A DNA stretch of 64,000 bases from Bacteroidales bacterium (GTDB taxonomy: Bacteria > Bacteroidota > Bacteroidia > Bacteroidales > CAIWKO01). The notes under the pieces are model-generated. The model was given only the letters and a program-made list of their open reading frames with translations, did no database searches and had not been told where the DNA came from. Numbering within the stretch: the first letter of the stretch is position 1; the number at the start of each line of letters is the position of its first letter. Below, one piece after another: positions 48,352 through 56,646 of the stretch. Both the position numbers and the translations under genes were made by a program. Where the stretch lies: NCBI GenBank assembly GCA_963678485.1, contig OY782882.1, positions 1,754,922 through 1,818,921 of the forward strand, in the 5' to 3' direction.

Positions 48352-49782
48352 GTGAAGAAGAACATCGATTGCATGCTGCTCAATCCACACTTTACCTACG
48401 TAAAGGGCAGCATTTACAGGGAGATCAGCAGTCTCGACCCGCCATTGGGTTTAATATCCCTGTCTTCTTTTTTGAATTCACACGGAATTCAAACCATGGT
48501 ATACGATTTAAATGTGGAGATCAGCAACAACACAGAAATACCGAAATTTCTGCGACGCATTTCTGATGAGTACCAGTTTTCGAAACCTGTTTTTGGTATT
48601 TCATTTCTTACTCCCTATGTGGGAAATTCCTATGAGCTTGCCGAAGCCATCAAACGTGAGATTCCTGAATCGCTTATTATTGCAGGCGGAGCGCATGCTT
48701 CGTTCATGGCAGAAGAAATTCTTTCGAGTGGAGCCATTGATGTGGTAGTAAGAGGCGAGGGCGAACTTACCTTAAAAGAATTGCTTGAGGATATTCCGTA
48801 TCCACAAATTAAAGGAATCAGCTATGCCTCGGTGATTGATGGCAAACTGCAATTTTTTCACAATGCGGATCGCGAGCGCATCATGGACATAGATTCCTTA
48901 CCCCGACCGGCATACGAGCAGCTTCAATTGCGCAAGTATCACCCCATTCTAGGTTCGTATCGAAAACTTCCCGCAGCTAATATTATCACAACCCGCGGCT
49001 GTACCGGCAAATGCAACTTCTGTTGCAAAACCTTCGGCAACAAGGTTACCTTCAAATCACCGCAAGGCATTGTCGAAGAAATCGAATTTCTTGTTCAGAA
49101 CTATAAGATAAAACACATCAATATTTACGACGACACCTTCACGCTGAATCGCAGTCGTGTCATGGAGTTTTGCGAGTTAATTATTGAGAAAAAAATACGA
49201 ATCGACTGGACTTGCTTTGCGCGGATTGACACCATGGATAAGGCGCTGCTGCAAAAAATGAAAGAGGCCGGTTGTTATCAGGTGATGTATGGCGTTGAGA
49301 ATTTTGATCAGGAAATATTAAATCGCATTTCGAAGAATGTAGAAGTCTCAACGATGCTGGAGGTAATCCGAATGACCAAAGAAGTTGGGATTATCACCAG
49401 AGTTTCGATGATGATTGGAAACCCGCAGGACACCTGGGAAACATTCAATAACAACATCCGCATATTAAAAAAAATCAAACCGGATATAGTGGTGGCTAGT
49501 ATCTTCACTCCTATTCCCGGATCCGAATTATATCAGTGGGCATTAGCGAACGATCGTTTGCTAAGTCACAATTGGAGCGAGTTTGCCGGTAACAACTCCG
49601 TTATGAAATTAGATTATCTTTCGCAGGAAGATGTAGTTAAACAATACCACAAGATTTATTCAATCTATTATTATAACATCCCCTATTTATTCGGACGATT
49701 AAAACGCATAAGCACCTTTACCGCACTATGGATGTCGGTAAAAGCATTTTTTTTGATTCTGAAATTTGTGGTTAAGAGGTAG
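48352..49782 (+). CDS. B12-binding domain radical SAM enzyme (B3)
   Basis: 476 aa with a GTG start. CMLLNPHF...IAGGAHAS...VRGEGE, then TRGCTGKCNFC, with a hydrophobic tail. Confidence 0.85.
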   Translation: MKKNIDCMLLNPHFTYVKGSIYREISSLDPPLGLISLSSFLNSHGIQTMVYDLNVEISNNTEIPKFLRRISDEYQFSKPVFGISFLTPYVGNSYELAEAIKREIPESLIIAGGAHASFMAEEILSSGAIDVVVRGEGELTLKELLEDIPYPQIKGISYASVIDGKLQFFHNADRERIMDIDSLPRPAYEQLQLRKYHPILGSYRKLPAANIITTRGCTGKCNFCCKTFGNKVTFKSPQGIVEEIEFLVQNYKIKHINIYDDTFTLNRSRVMEFCELIIEKKIRIDWTCFARIDTMDKALLQKMKEAGCYQVMYGVENFDQEILNRISKNVEVSTMLEVIRMTKEVGIITRVSMMIGNPQDTWETFNNNIRILKKIKPDIVVASIFTPIPGSELYQWALANDRLLSHNWSEFAGNNSVMKLDYLSQEDVVKQYHKIYSIYYYNIPYLFGRLKRISTFTALWMSVKAFFLILKFVVKR

Positions 49783-49875
49783 GCTGTTTCTCCCTGGAAA
49801 CGGGCATTTAATGATGTTTTGCGTTTGGGTTTGAATGATAAATCTTCTCCGATTATTATTATTACTCCACAAATT

Positions 49876-50472
49876 CTATTTTAATGAATCCCTGTTCCAA
49901 TTTGCAGGATTTTTTATAATATAATTGGATATATTTATATACGATTGTTCATCCCGAATGATGTGTTCGTGGTAATTGCGTTGCCATATTTTTCCGTTGA
50001 ATCCCAATAATCCCAATTGTTTTGTAACGGATGATTTATATCCACGGACAATGGAACCAATGGTTTGCGATGGCGACCGCAGGGGCGTATTGAATACGCC
50101 CCCATTATCGAACGAATGCAATTCGTTCGATAATGCATTCAATGGCATTTCGGGCATATTCGTGTTGGGCGAATTCATTTTGGGCGAATTCATTTCGCCC
50201 CGACGTAATATACGGATGATGCCGTGAACATGATTTGGCATTATAACAAAATCACACAATTCAACATTGGTGCGAATTTCGGGGGTTTTCATCCATTCGT
50301 TGTGTGCAATGTGCCCGTATTCGTTCAAAATCATTTCGTCGTTTACCACATTCCCAAACAAACATGCCCTGTTTTGGGTACATATTGTAATAAAATATAA
50401 CCCGGCCTGCGAATAATCGTATCCTTTTAACCGAATGCTACGGCGTTGGTGTTTGATGGGATTGTTGGCCAT
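49876..50472 (-). CDS. IS200/RAYT-like Y1 (HUH) transposase family protein
   Basis: 198 aa. The HUH motif is MPNHVHGII and the C-terminal Tyr region is IWQRNYHEHIIRDE..YIIKNPANW. The central segment is encoded by palindromic DNA. Confidence 0.75.
   Translation of the reverse strand: MANNPIKHQRRSIRLKGYDYSQAGLYFITICTQNRACLFGNVVNDEMILNEYGHIAHNEWMKTPEIRTNVELCDFVIMPNHVHGIIRILRRGEMNSPKMNSPNTNMPEMPLNALSNELHSFDNGGVFNTPLRSPSQTIGSIVRGYKSSVTKQLGLLGFNGKIWQRNYHEHIIRDEQSYINISNYIIKNPANWNRDSLK
50082..50200. repeat. cluster of perfect palindromes / 15-bp tandem duplication inside the RAYT-like ORF
   Basis: 50082-50102 is ggggcgtatt-g-aatacgcccc. 50103-50135 is a hairpin with 15-bp arms (cattatcgaacgaat gca attcgttcgataatg). 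50167-50196 is gggcgaattcattt repeated twice. 50182-50200 is the hairpin gggcgaa ttcat ttcgccc. Confidence 0.85.
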
Positions 50473-50765
50473 ATTACAATGTTTTCATGGTTACAATTTT
50501 GTGTTGGCACATCACTTCATCTTTTCTTTGATCTTACTATAACGAGGCTATAAAAATGAGGAACTTTTTTTCTTTTTTAACAGCATCGTTCTGGCTCTGA
50601 TTTCAAAACTTATCACTCTTGAAATATTTCTTGGTTGTCAATTTCAAATGCTTTCATGTCGCATCTTTTTATATTTTCCTCGCTCTGAAAATTCCAGGAA
50701 TCTCAATATTTACATTTTTGATGAAAAAGCTGCTTAACGCACAAAGTAGATCAATAAAATTCCTG

Positions 50766-51104
50766 CTAGGCAATTCTGAAATCACCATCTATAAGTTCAA
50801 CTTTAAAATTCACATTTGCTTTTAATGCCTTGAAAACCCTTAAAATAGTTTCAATCGTTACATTTTTTGCATTTCTTTCAATTCTAGATATCTGCGATTT
50901 TTGTACTCCAATCATTTCTCCCAATTCAGATTGCGTTAAATGTCGCTCTTTTCGAGTTTGTTTAATCATCTCTCCCAAAAGGTCAAGTCTGAGTTCATAT
51001 TCGTATTTGTCTCTTTTCGCTGTACCAATTTTTCCCAGGTGCTTATTCTTGGCTTGCTCCAAGGTGTATATCTTAAGTTTTTTTGAGTTTTCCATGACGT
51101 TCAT
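50766..51104 (-). CDS. XRE-family HTH antitoxin (HigA-like)
   Basis: 112 aa. The HTH is LTQSELGEMIGVQKSQISRIERN. It overlaps the upstream toxin gene by 4 nt (ATGA). Confidence 0.75.
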   Translation of the reverse strand: MNVMENSKKLKIYTLEQAKNKHLGKIGTAKRDKYEYELRLDLLGEMIKQTRKERHLTQSELGEMIGVQKSQISRIERNAKNVTIETILRVFKALKANVNFKVELIDGDFRIA

Positions 51105-51445
51105 TTTTTTAGTTTCTGTTCAAAATAAAGTCTCATTATTGCTCTGCCCTTTTCAATTTCTCCTTTTGGAACTTTATCTGTTTTCTTTATAATTCCATGT
51201 GTCGCGATAACCAATGTTTCTTTGTTCTCTGTCTTATCCCAAAATGATAGAAGTCTGTAATATGTTCTTTTGTACAAGGTCCTGAACTCCCATATTTCAT
51301 CATCAATCTTTTTAAATAATTCAGGGTCATTAATATACCTAGATTTATCAAGATTATAAAAAATCTTTTCTTTAGACTTTTCATCAAGTGTATCTAAAAA
51401 ATCCCATACCTCTTGAAGTAATATTACGTCAAACTTCGGTTTCAT
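51101..51445 (-). CDS. RelE/ParE-superfamily toxin (Gp49/HigB-like)
   Basis: 114 aa. Toxin-first order, a small basic protein, and the pattern EIWEFRTLYKRTYYRLLSFWDK...VIATHGIIKKTDKVPKGEI. Confidence 0.7.
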   Translation of the reverse strand: MKPKFDVILLQEVWDFLDTLDEKSKEKIFYNLDKSRYINDPELFKKIDDEIWEFRTLYKRTYYRLLSFWDKTENKETLVIATHGIIKKTDKVPKGEIEKGRAIMRLYFEQKLKK

Positions 51446-51464
51446 TTATTGTTTTTTTTCATCA

Positions 51465-51472
51465 CAAAGGTA
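51465..51472 (-). promoter_or_regulatory. -7 box (TAccTTTG on minus strand) for the toxin-antitoxin operon
   Basis: The plus strand reads caaaggta, 20 nt upstream of the ATG at 51445. Confidence 0.4.
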
Positions 51473-51612
51473 ACAAATGTTCTAATATAACGAAACTTTG
51501 TATTGAAGTTTTTGATTACGATTACCTGACTTTTTTCAGTAGGACTCCGGCTATCATTCAGTCAGAAGTAGTCGGCAAGGTGCTGAACAATCAGAAAAAT
51601 GTGATGGGAAGA

Positions 51613-52968
51613 TTAGCGGCGCTTTCTTAGCGTGAGATCCCAGAAAAGCCTGACTATCCGTAAGCCTATATCCCATAGCTGGATTGGGCGGAGATAGTAA
51701 GTTAGAAAGGCCATGGTTCGTAGGCGCTTTAGTTTTGTAAGCGACAAGCCTGTGGGAACATAATGAGGAATGCCTGTTTCGCCCTTCATATAGGTGGTCC
51801 AGACTTTTTCGTGAAACACCTTTTCCTTCACCCCTAAGGTAAAAATGGGCGATTGGGGCAATGCCGTCATATTATAATATTGTGCATAATTCGCATTGAG
51901 CCTGCGCGAGAGCCTTATGGTTTCACGGATTTGTGCATAGCTTTCGCCGGGATTGCCGAGTACATAAGAACACAACACTTTTACACCTGCACTTCTCAAC
52001 TCATTAATCATCTCAACATATCTTGAGGTGGTAATGTTCTTATTGATGCTTTTGCGTACTTCTTCGTTCCCCGCTTCAACACCGAGAATGACATAATACA
52101 ATCCGGCCTCTTTCATAATGCGGATAAGGTCCGCATCCAGCACGTCCACACGGGTACAGCAGGTCCACTTAAAACTGAATTGTTCGTCTTTTATAAACTT
52201 ACAGAGTTCAATAACACGTTCCCGGTTGTAAGTAAAGGAATCATCAACAAAACTCAACCACTGCACATGGTATTCATTTACCAAGGTGCGGATCTGTTGT
52301 TTTATAAGTGCTATGGGATATTCCGCATATTTGTTCTTACCTGGGTCTTTGCAGAATTTGCAATTATACGCACAGCCTTCCGTAGTGATTAAAGTAAACC
52401 ACCGTCTTCCGTAGAAAACATTTTGATACGTCCCGGGTTCATAGAGTGAATAGTCAGGCATGAGCGGTGAGTCCGTAACATCGTAACACGCCGGAGGTCG
52501 CACCAATGCTGACTTTCCAATAACGATTCCATCAATATCATCAAATTCACTAATACCGGCTTTCACCCGCTTAATAAACTCAGGGAAGCTTTGTTCGCAA
52601 TGTCCGCGAAATCCATAATCAATTCCCATGTCGGTGACGATCTGCGGATCATTAGTAATATGAGGCCCTCCGGCAACAATGAGGATTTCAGGGAAATGCT
52701 TGCGGATTGCAATGGTAAGTTTGTAAAAAAGCGGCAGCGATATAGACATCACCGAATAGCCTATTATCATAGGCTTATGAGCGGCAATTGCTTTTAATAT
52801 TCCTCGTACTCCACCCTTTTTTACATCAACATCGTAGAGCTGACAACAAAAATTCCTTGATTTTATATATGATGATAAATATCCCACACCCAAATATGGA
52901 TATACCGAAAACTGCACTGCACGGGCTTTTGAGGAAGTAATAAATAAGCAGTCGGTGCTATGTTCCAT
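51613..52968 (-). CDS. B12-binding domain radical SAM enzyme (B4)
   Basis: 451 aa. CLFITSSK...VAGGPHIT, then TEGCAYNCKFC, with a basic amphipathic tail. Confidence 0.85.
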   Translation of the reverse strand: MEHSTDCLFITSSKARAVQFSVYPYLGVGYLSSYIKSRNFCCQLYDVDVKKGGVRGILKAIAAHKPMIIGYSVMSISLPLFYKLTIAIRKHFPEILIVAGGPHITNDPQIVTDMGIDYGFRGHCEQSFPEFIKRVKAGISEFDDIDGIVIGKSALVRPPACYDVTDSPLMPDYSLYEPGTYQNVFYGRRWFTLITTEGCAYNCKFCKDPGKNKYAEYPIALIKQQIRTLVNEYHVQWLSFVDDSFTYNRERVIELCKFIKDEQFSFKWTCCTRVDVLDADLIRIMKEAGLYYVILGVEAGNEEVRKSINKNITTSRYVEMINELRSAGVKVLCSYVLGNPGESYAQIRETIRLSRRLNANYAQYYNMTALPQSPIFTLGVKEKVFHEKVWTTYMKGETGIPHYVPTGLSLTKLKRLRTMAFLTYYLRPIQLWDIGLRIVRLFWDLTLRKRR

Positions 52969-52969
52969 A

Positions 52970-54502
52970 TTATACCTTTTTGAAAAATCTGAAAAACACT
53001 CCGAAGCAGGCCTTAAACGAAATGCCTATAGGTGTAAATATACTAAGAAACATTAAACCCAACTTAAATCCAACATCCATCAATAATAGTAAAGTCAAGG
53101 GGAATTTTCTGAATGCTTCCCAATTGCTGCTGCCAAAGCTGAAGATTGCCCCGCCCCAGTCTTTTTTTGTCAGCATCTTTTTTATCATCCCAAAGCGAAA
53201 ATAAAACTTAAAATAGGAGAATAATATCTCGTTGCGCATCCCATAGCCGGTTGACCCTTCGGGCAAATAGGGAAAAGGCAGGCGTTGCCAGGCCGGACGC
53301 ACCAATACTAATTGTGAATTGAAATTCGAAAAATCAGCATCAACATGAAGCCGGCCAGCACCAAGGGTTTCGTCGTACATCCGCGTTCCCGGGTATGGGA
53401 CAACATTGTTGAATTTCGCCACATCAATATGATTATCTATGGCAAAGCTCACGCAATTGCTGCGTATATCGCGGGTTTCGTTGGGGAGACAATAAAGAAA
53501 ATTGGCCATTACTTTAAAGCCTGTGTTGCGGGAAGCCTGTATCGCCTGTTTAATTTCGTCAAGGGTTTCATCCTTCCCGACTTCTCGCAAAAGCTTTTCA
53601 GAAACGGTTTCTATTCCAAAGAATACAGTTCTGAAGCCGCTTGCATACATCTCTTTAAGCAAATCCTCATTCAAATCCCTCGATCGTGCCTGAAATGAAT
53701 AGGAACAGTTTTTAAGCTTTGGCGATTTTCGAATTGCTGCACACAATTCATGAATCCGATCTGTGTTGGCTAAAAAGTTATCATCAAAAAAAGCAATCTC
53801 TCGTTGAGCGTAATCAGTGGCCAATAATTCGAGTTCACTCACGGTGTTCGCTGCGCTTTTGTAGCGATATCGGCGCTTACCAACGGCCTTAACACAGCAA
53901 AAACTACAATTGAAGGGACAGCCACGCGAGCTGATCATATGTCCGAAATGATACTTCGATGAATGTGAAAACAATTCGTATGGAAAATCAGGGAGGCTAT
54001 CCAACTCCTTTATTAATTCTGGCGGATCGTTAAGCACCAGCGCTCCATTTTTCCGAAAGCCAATTCCTTTCACATGATTAATCGGCAATCCCGCTTTAAG
54101 CCGATGATAAATTTCGACGATTTCCGATTCTGCTTCACCGGAAAAAACATAATCGATTTCCTCATTTAGCATCACCTCATCCGGCATACAGGAAGGATGC
54201 AAACCGCCAAGAATAACAATACTTCCCGGGTATTGAATCTTTAATTGCCGAGCTAAGGTTTTGGCCGAAGAAAAGGCCTCAGTAAGTGTACTAATACAAA
54301 ACACATAGGGCGCAGAATGGTTCTTCACCATTACTGCTATTTCCGACAGGGGATTTGGATGCAATTGCTGATCAACATAGTTAAATACTATCCCCTCGCG
54401 TTTCAATACTGCCATTAAAAAGCCTATACCATACGGCAGCGTAATGGGAAAAAACGGCTTAAATAAACCAGTTGTATTGGATGCAGTATTAATGAAAATC
54501 AT
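52970..54502 (-). CDS. B12-binding domain radical SAM enzyme (B5)
   Basis: 510 aa. MIFINTA...ILGGLHPS...FSGEAE, then SRGCPFNCSFC, with a hydrophobic tail of about 80 aa (LTLLLLMDVGFKLGLMFLSIFTPIGISF). Confidence 0.85.
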   Translation of the reverse strand: MIFINTASNTTGLFKPFFPITLPYGIGFLMAVLKREGIVFNYVDQQLHPNPLSEIAVMVKNHSAPYVFCISTLTEAFSSAKTLARQLKIQYPGSIVILGGLHPSCMPDEVMLNEEIDYVFSGEAESEIVEIYHRLKAGLPINHVKGIGFRKNGALVLNDPPELIKELDSLPDFPYELFSHSSKYHFGHMISSRGCPFNCSFCCVKAVGKRRYRYKSAANTVSELELLATDYAQREIAFFDDNFLANTDRIHELCAAIRKSPKLKNCSYSFQARSRDLNEDLLKEMYASGFRTVFFGIETVSEKLLREVGKDETLDEIKQAIQASRNTGFKVMANFLYCLPNETRDIRSNCVSFAIDNHIDVAKFNNVVPYPGTRMYDETLGAGRLHVDADFSNFNSQLVLVRPAWQRLPFPYLPEGSTGYGMRNEILFSYFKFYFRFGMIKKMLTKKDWGGAIFSFGSSNWEAFRKFPLTLLLLMDVGFKLGLMFLSIFTPIGISFKACFGVFFRFFKKV

Positions 54503-54555
54503 TCCTTATGCCATCGAAATTAAAACAGAAATTAAGCATCAGCAGTATGCTGGCC

Positions 54556-55410
54556 TTAAAGCAAATATATTCTAAACACCAGCAGTACCACCCCTTCCAA
54601 AAAGAACACAACACGATAAATATTTCTATATCTGAAGATATAATTTCTTTTAGCAATCATGTGCGGCTTTAACGCAATAAACGAAATTAATTGTACGAGA
54701 TATCCGGCAACAATCACGGCCAGAACCAGTGGATCGATATTTCCTGTGGCGAAGAGCACCAGCAGGAGTATGACACCTGCCGTGAATAAAATAAACGACA
54801 ACCAAATTCCCCAGGCTAGTCCTACCAATACGGCGCCCGTTCTGATTCCCGCCTGTTTATCCGCATCATAGTCGATTACTTCATGGTTCAGGTGACCACC
54901 AGCAAATCCAAATGAAAAAAACAATGAGATCAACAGGGAATTCCAGCTAAGCGGAGCAAAGACATAGAAGACCATGTTGAAGTGAATAATCTGCGCAACA
55001 AAATGCAAGGCTGTTCCGGCAAAGGGAATTGCCTTGAGGCCGAAAACCGGAAGGGAGTACAACACCCAAAGTACTGCAACACCCAGCAATGCAAGGGGAA
55101 TGACCGTATTCAGATACAGACCGAGAGATAATGAAATTAGAAGAGAAACAATAGACGTAATGAAAAAGCCCCATTTACCTAGGTTTTTCAGGTCGTTCAG
55201 CCGATCATTCTTTTCATCCTGTTTTTTACCAAAGAATGAATTAAACGCATAGATAGAAATGATGAGGAAGAAACAGGCTGCGCCAATGACTGCAAGCTTA
55301 ATCAGTGTTTCTGCATCAAGGGCGGTGATGGCGAACACAGCTCCAATCATAAAGAACCCTGTCATCAGCGTAACTTCAGGAATACGCAGTGCTTTAAGAA
55401 ATTTGATCAC
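54556..55410 (-). CDS. UbiA-family prenyltransferase (putative)
   Basis: 284 aa with about 8-9 TM helices. The Asp-rich motifs are NSFFGKKQDEKNDRLND and EVIDYDADKQAGIRTG. Confidence 0.6.
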   Translation of the reverse strand: MIKFLKALRIPEVTLMTGFFMIGAVFAITALDAETLIKLAVIGAACFFLIISIYAFNSFFGKKQDEKNDRLNDLKNLGKWGFFITSIVSLLISLSLGLYLNTVIPLALLGVAVLWVLYSLPVFGLKAIPFAGTALHFVAQIIHFNMVFYVFAPLSWNSLLISLFFSFGFAGGHLNHEVIDYDADKQAGIRTGAVLVGLAWGIWLSFILFTAGVILLLVLFATGNIDPLVLAVIVAGYLVQLISFIALKPHMIAKRNYIFRYRNIYRVVFFLEGVVLLVFRIYLL

Positions 55411-55454
55411 GGTTGCCGGCGATTAGTTTAGGGAGTGTGTTTCAAAACAGCACA

Positions 55455-56573
55455 CTAGAGCAGTTTCTTAAAACATCGTCTGCGCTTATGCTGTATGTGC
55501 TTATAGTTTTTCCAGTGTTGAATAGCCTTGTGGTTCGTTTCGAAAATCCCCGTTGTTTCAACAAATTCGATCTTATGTTCGAGGATGGTTTTTTGCAACT
55601 CATTGATTAAAATGGCCGGTACGCCTGTTCCCTGCATCTTAGGATCAACGCCAGTCAGGAAAATATCCATTTCTTCCGGATGCTTCAATGCCTTAAGTAC
55701 CGGGATAAATCCAAAGGGATATAAGCTGCCGTTGGCTTTCTGCATGGCTTTGGAAAGCGAAGGAACACCAATGATAAAGCCAGCCAATTCTCCATCCTTC
55801 GTTTCGATTAACTTAACGAATTTTGGATTCAGCAGTTTGAAATATTTATTGGAATAATAACTAATCATGTCATCGTCAAAGGCCGATACGCTAAACAGCT
55901 CTTCGAAGGCCGCATTCAACAATTTGAATACGCGATGTCCATGAGGAATAAGATCTTTTGTTCTTGTAAAGGTGAGGATATTCAGGTTGTAGCGCTGACG
56001 AATCATTTCGGCCAATTTAGCCGCCTTTTCAGGGATGGCTTCCATGGTAAGGCGGAATTCCAGCCAATCAATTTCCTTAACATAGCCCAATCGTTCGAAA
56101 TGGCCTTGATAGTAGGCATGATGATACACCGAAGCAATGGATTGAAGATGATCGAATCCTTCAATTAATAATCCCTGAGTATCCAGATTTGTAAAGCCCA
56201 AAGGACCTTGAACTTCTTTCATACCTTCTGCTCTGAGCCAGTCTTCGGCAGTTTTGAACAGAAGATCAACCACCACTGCATCGTCAATAAATTCAATTCT
56301 TGACACCCTTCCAATAGAAGTTCCGACTTTTTGATTGTATTTTTCATTGATGATCGCTCCAATACGCCCAACACATTTGCCTTCTTTATATGCCAACCAG
56401 AATTTAGCTTTACAGAAGCGATAAGCAGGATTATGTTCCGACTCGAGGCTTTTTATCTCGTCATCCTTAATTGGAGGTACCCAAAAAGCGTTTCCCTTAT
56501 ATAATGCAAACTGTAGATTTACAAAGGCTTTCCTGTCGGATTTATTTGTTACTTCACGAATTTCTATTCCCAT
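55455..56573 (-). CDS. GNAT-like N-acyltransferase family protein (conserved Bacteroidota ~370-aa type)
   Basis: Likely start is MGIEIREV at 56573. The pattern FALYKGNAFWVPP...GRIGAIIN...GPLGFTNLDTQGLLIEGFDH matches a family I recall as annotated GNAT. Confidence 0.55.
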   Translation of the reverse strand: MGIEIREVTNKSDRKAFVNLQFALYKGNAFWVPPIKDDEIKSLESEHNPAYRFCKAKFWLAYKEGKCVGRIGAIINEKYNQKVGTSIGRVSRIEFIDDAVVVDLLFKTAEDWLRAEGMKEVQGPLGFTNLDTQGLLIEGFDHLQSIASVYHHAYYQGHFERLGYVKEIDWLEFRLTMEAIPEKAAKLAEMIRQRYNLNILTFTRTKDLIPHGHRVFKLLNAAFEELFSVSAFDDDMISYYSNKYFKLLNPKFVKLIETKDGELAGFIIGVPSLSKAMQKANGSLYPFGFIPVLKALKHPEEMDIFLTGVDPKMQGTGVPAILINELQKTILEHKIEFVETTGIFETNHKAIQHWKNYKHIQHKRRRCFKKLL

Positions 56574-56591
56574 ACAACAATCTTTAGTGTG

Positions 56592-56599
56592 CAAATTTA
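56592..56599 (-). promoter_or_regulatory. -7 box (TAaaTTTG on minus strand) upstream of GNAT-like gene
   Basis: The plus strand reads caaattta, 19 nt upstream of the ATG at 56573. Confidence 0.4.
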
Positions 56600-56646
56600 C
56601 ATTAAAAGACAACAATTCCTGCAAAGTTGCCGCTGCATCTTCCAGC

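Noticed and set aside
55455-56624. The GNAT-like gene as an integral tailoring enzyme of the locus, for example as a lipid-to-peptide acyltransferase.
   Set aside because: It resembles a widely conserved stand-alone Bacteroidota protein and has its own -7 box (56592-56599). Its membership in the pathway is therefore uncertain. I list it as a feature but make no functional claim.
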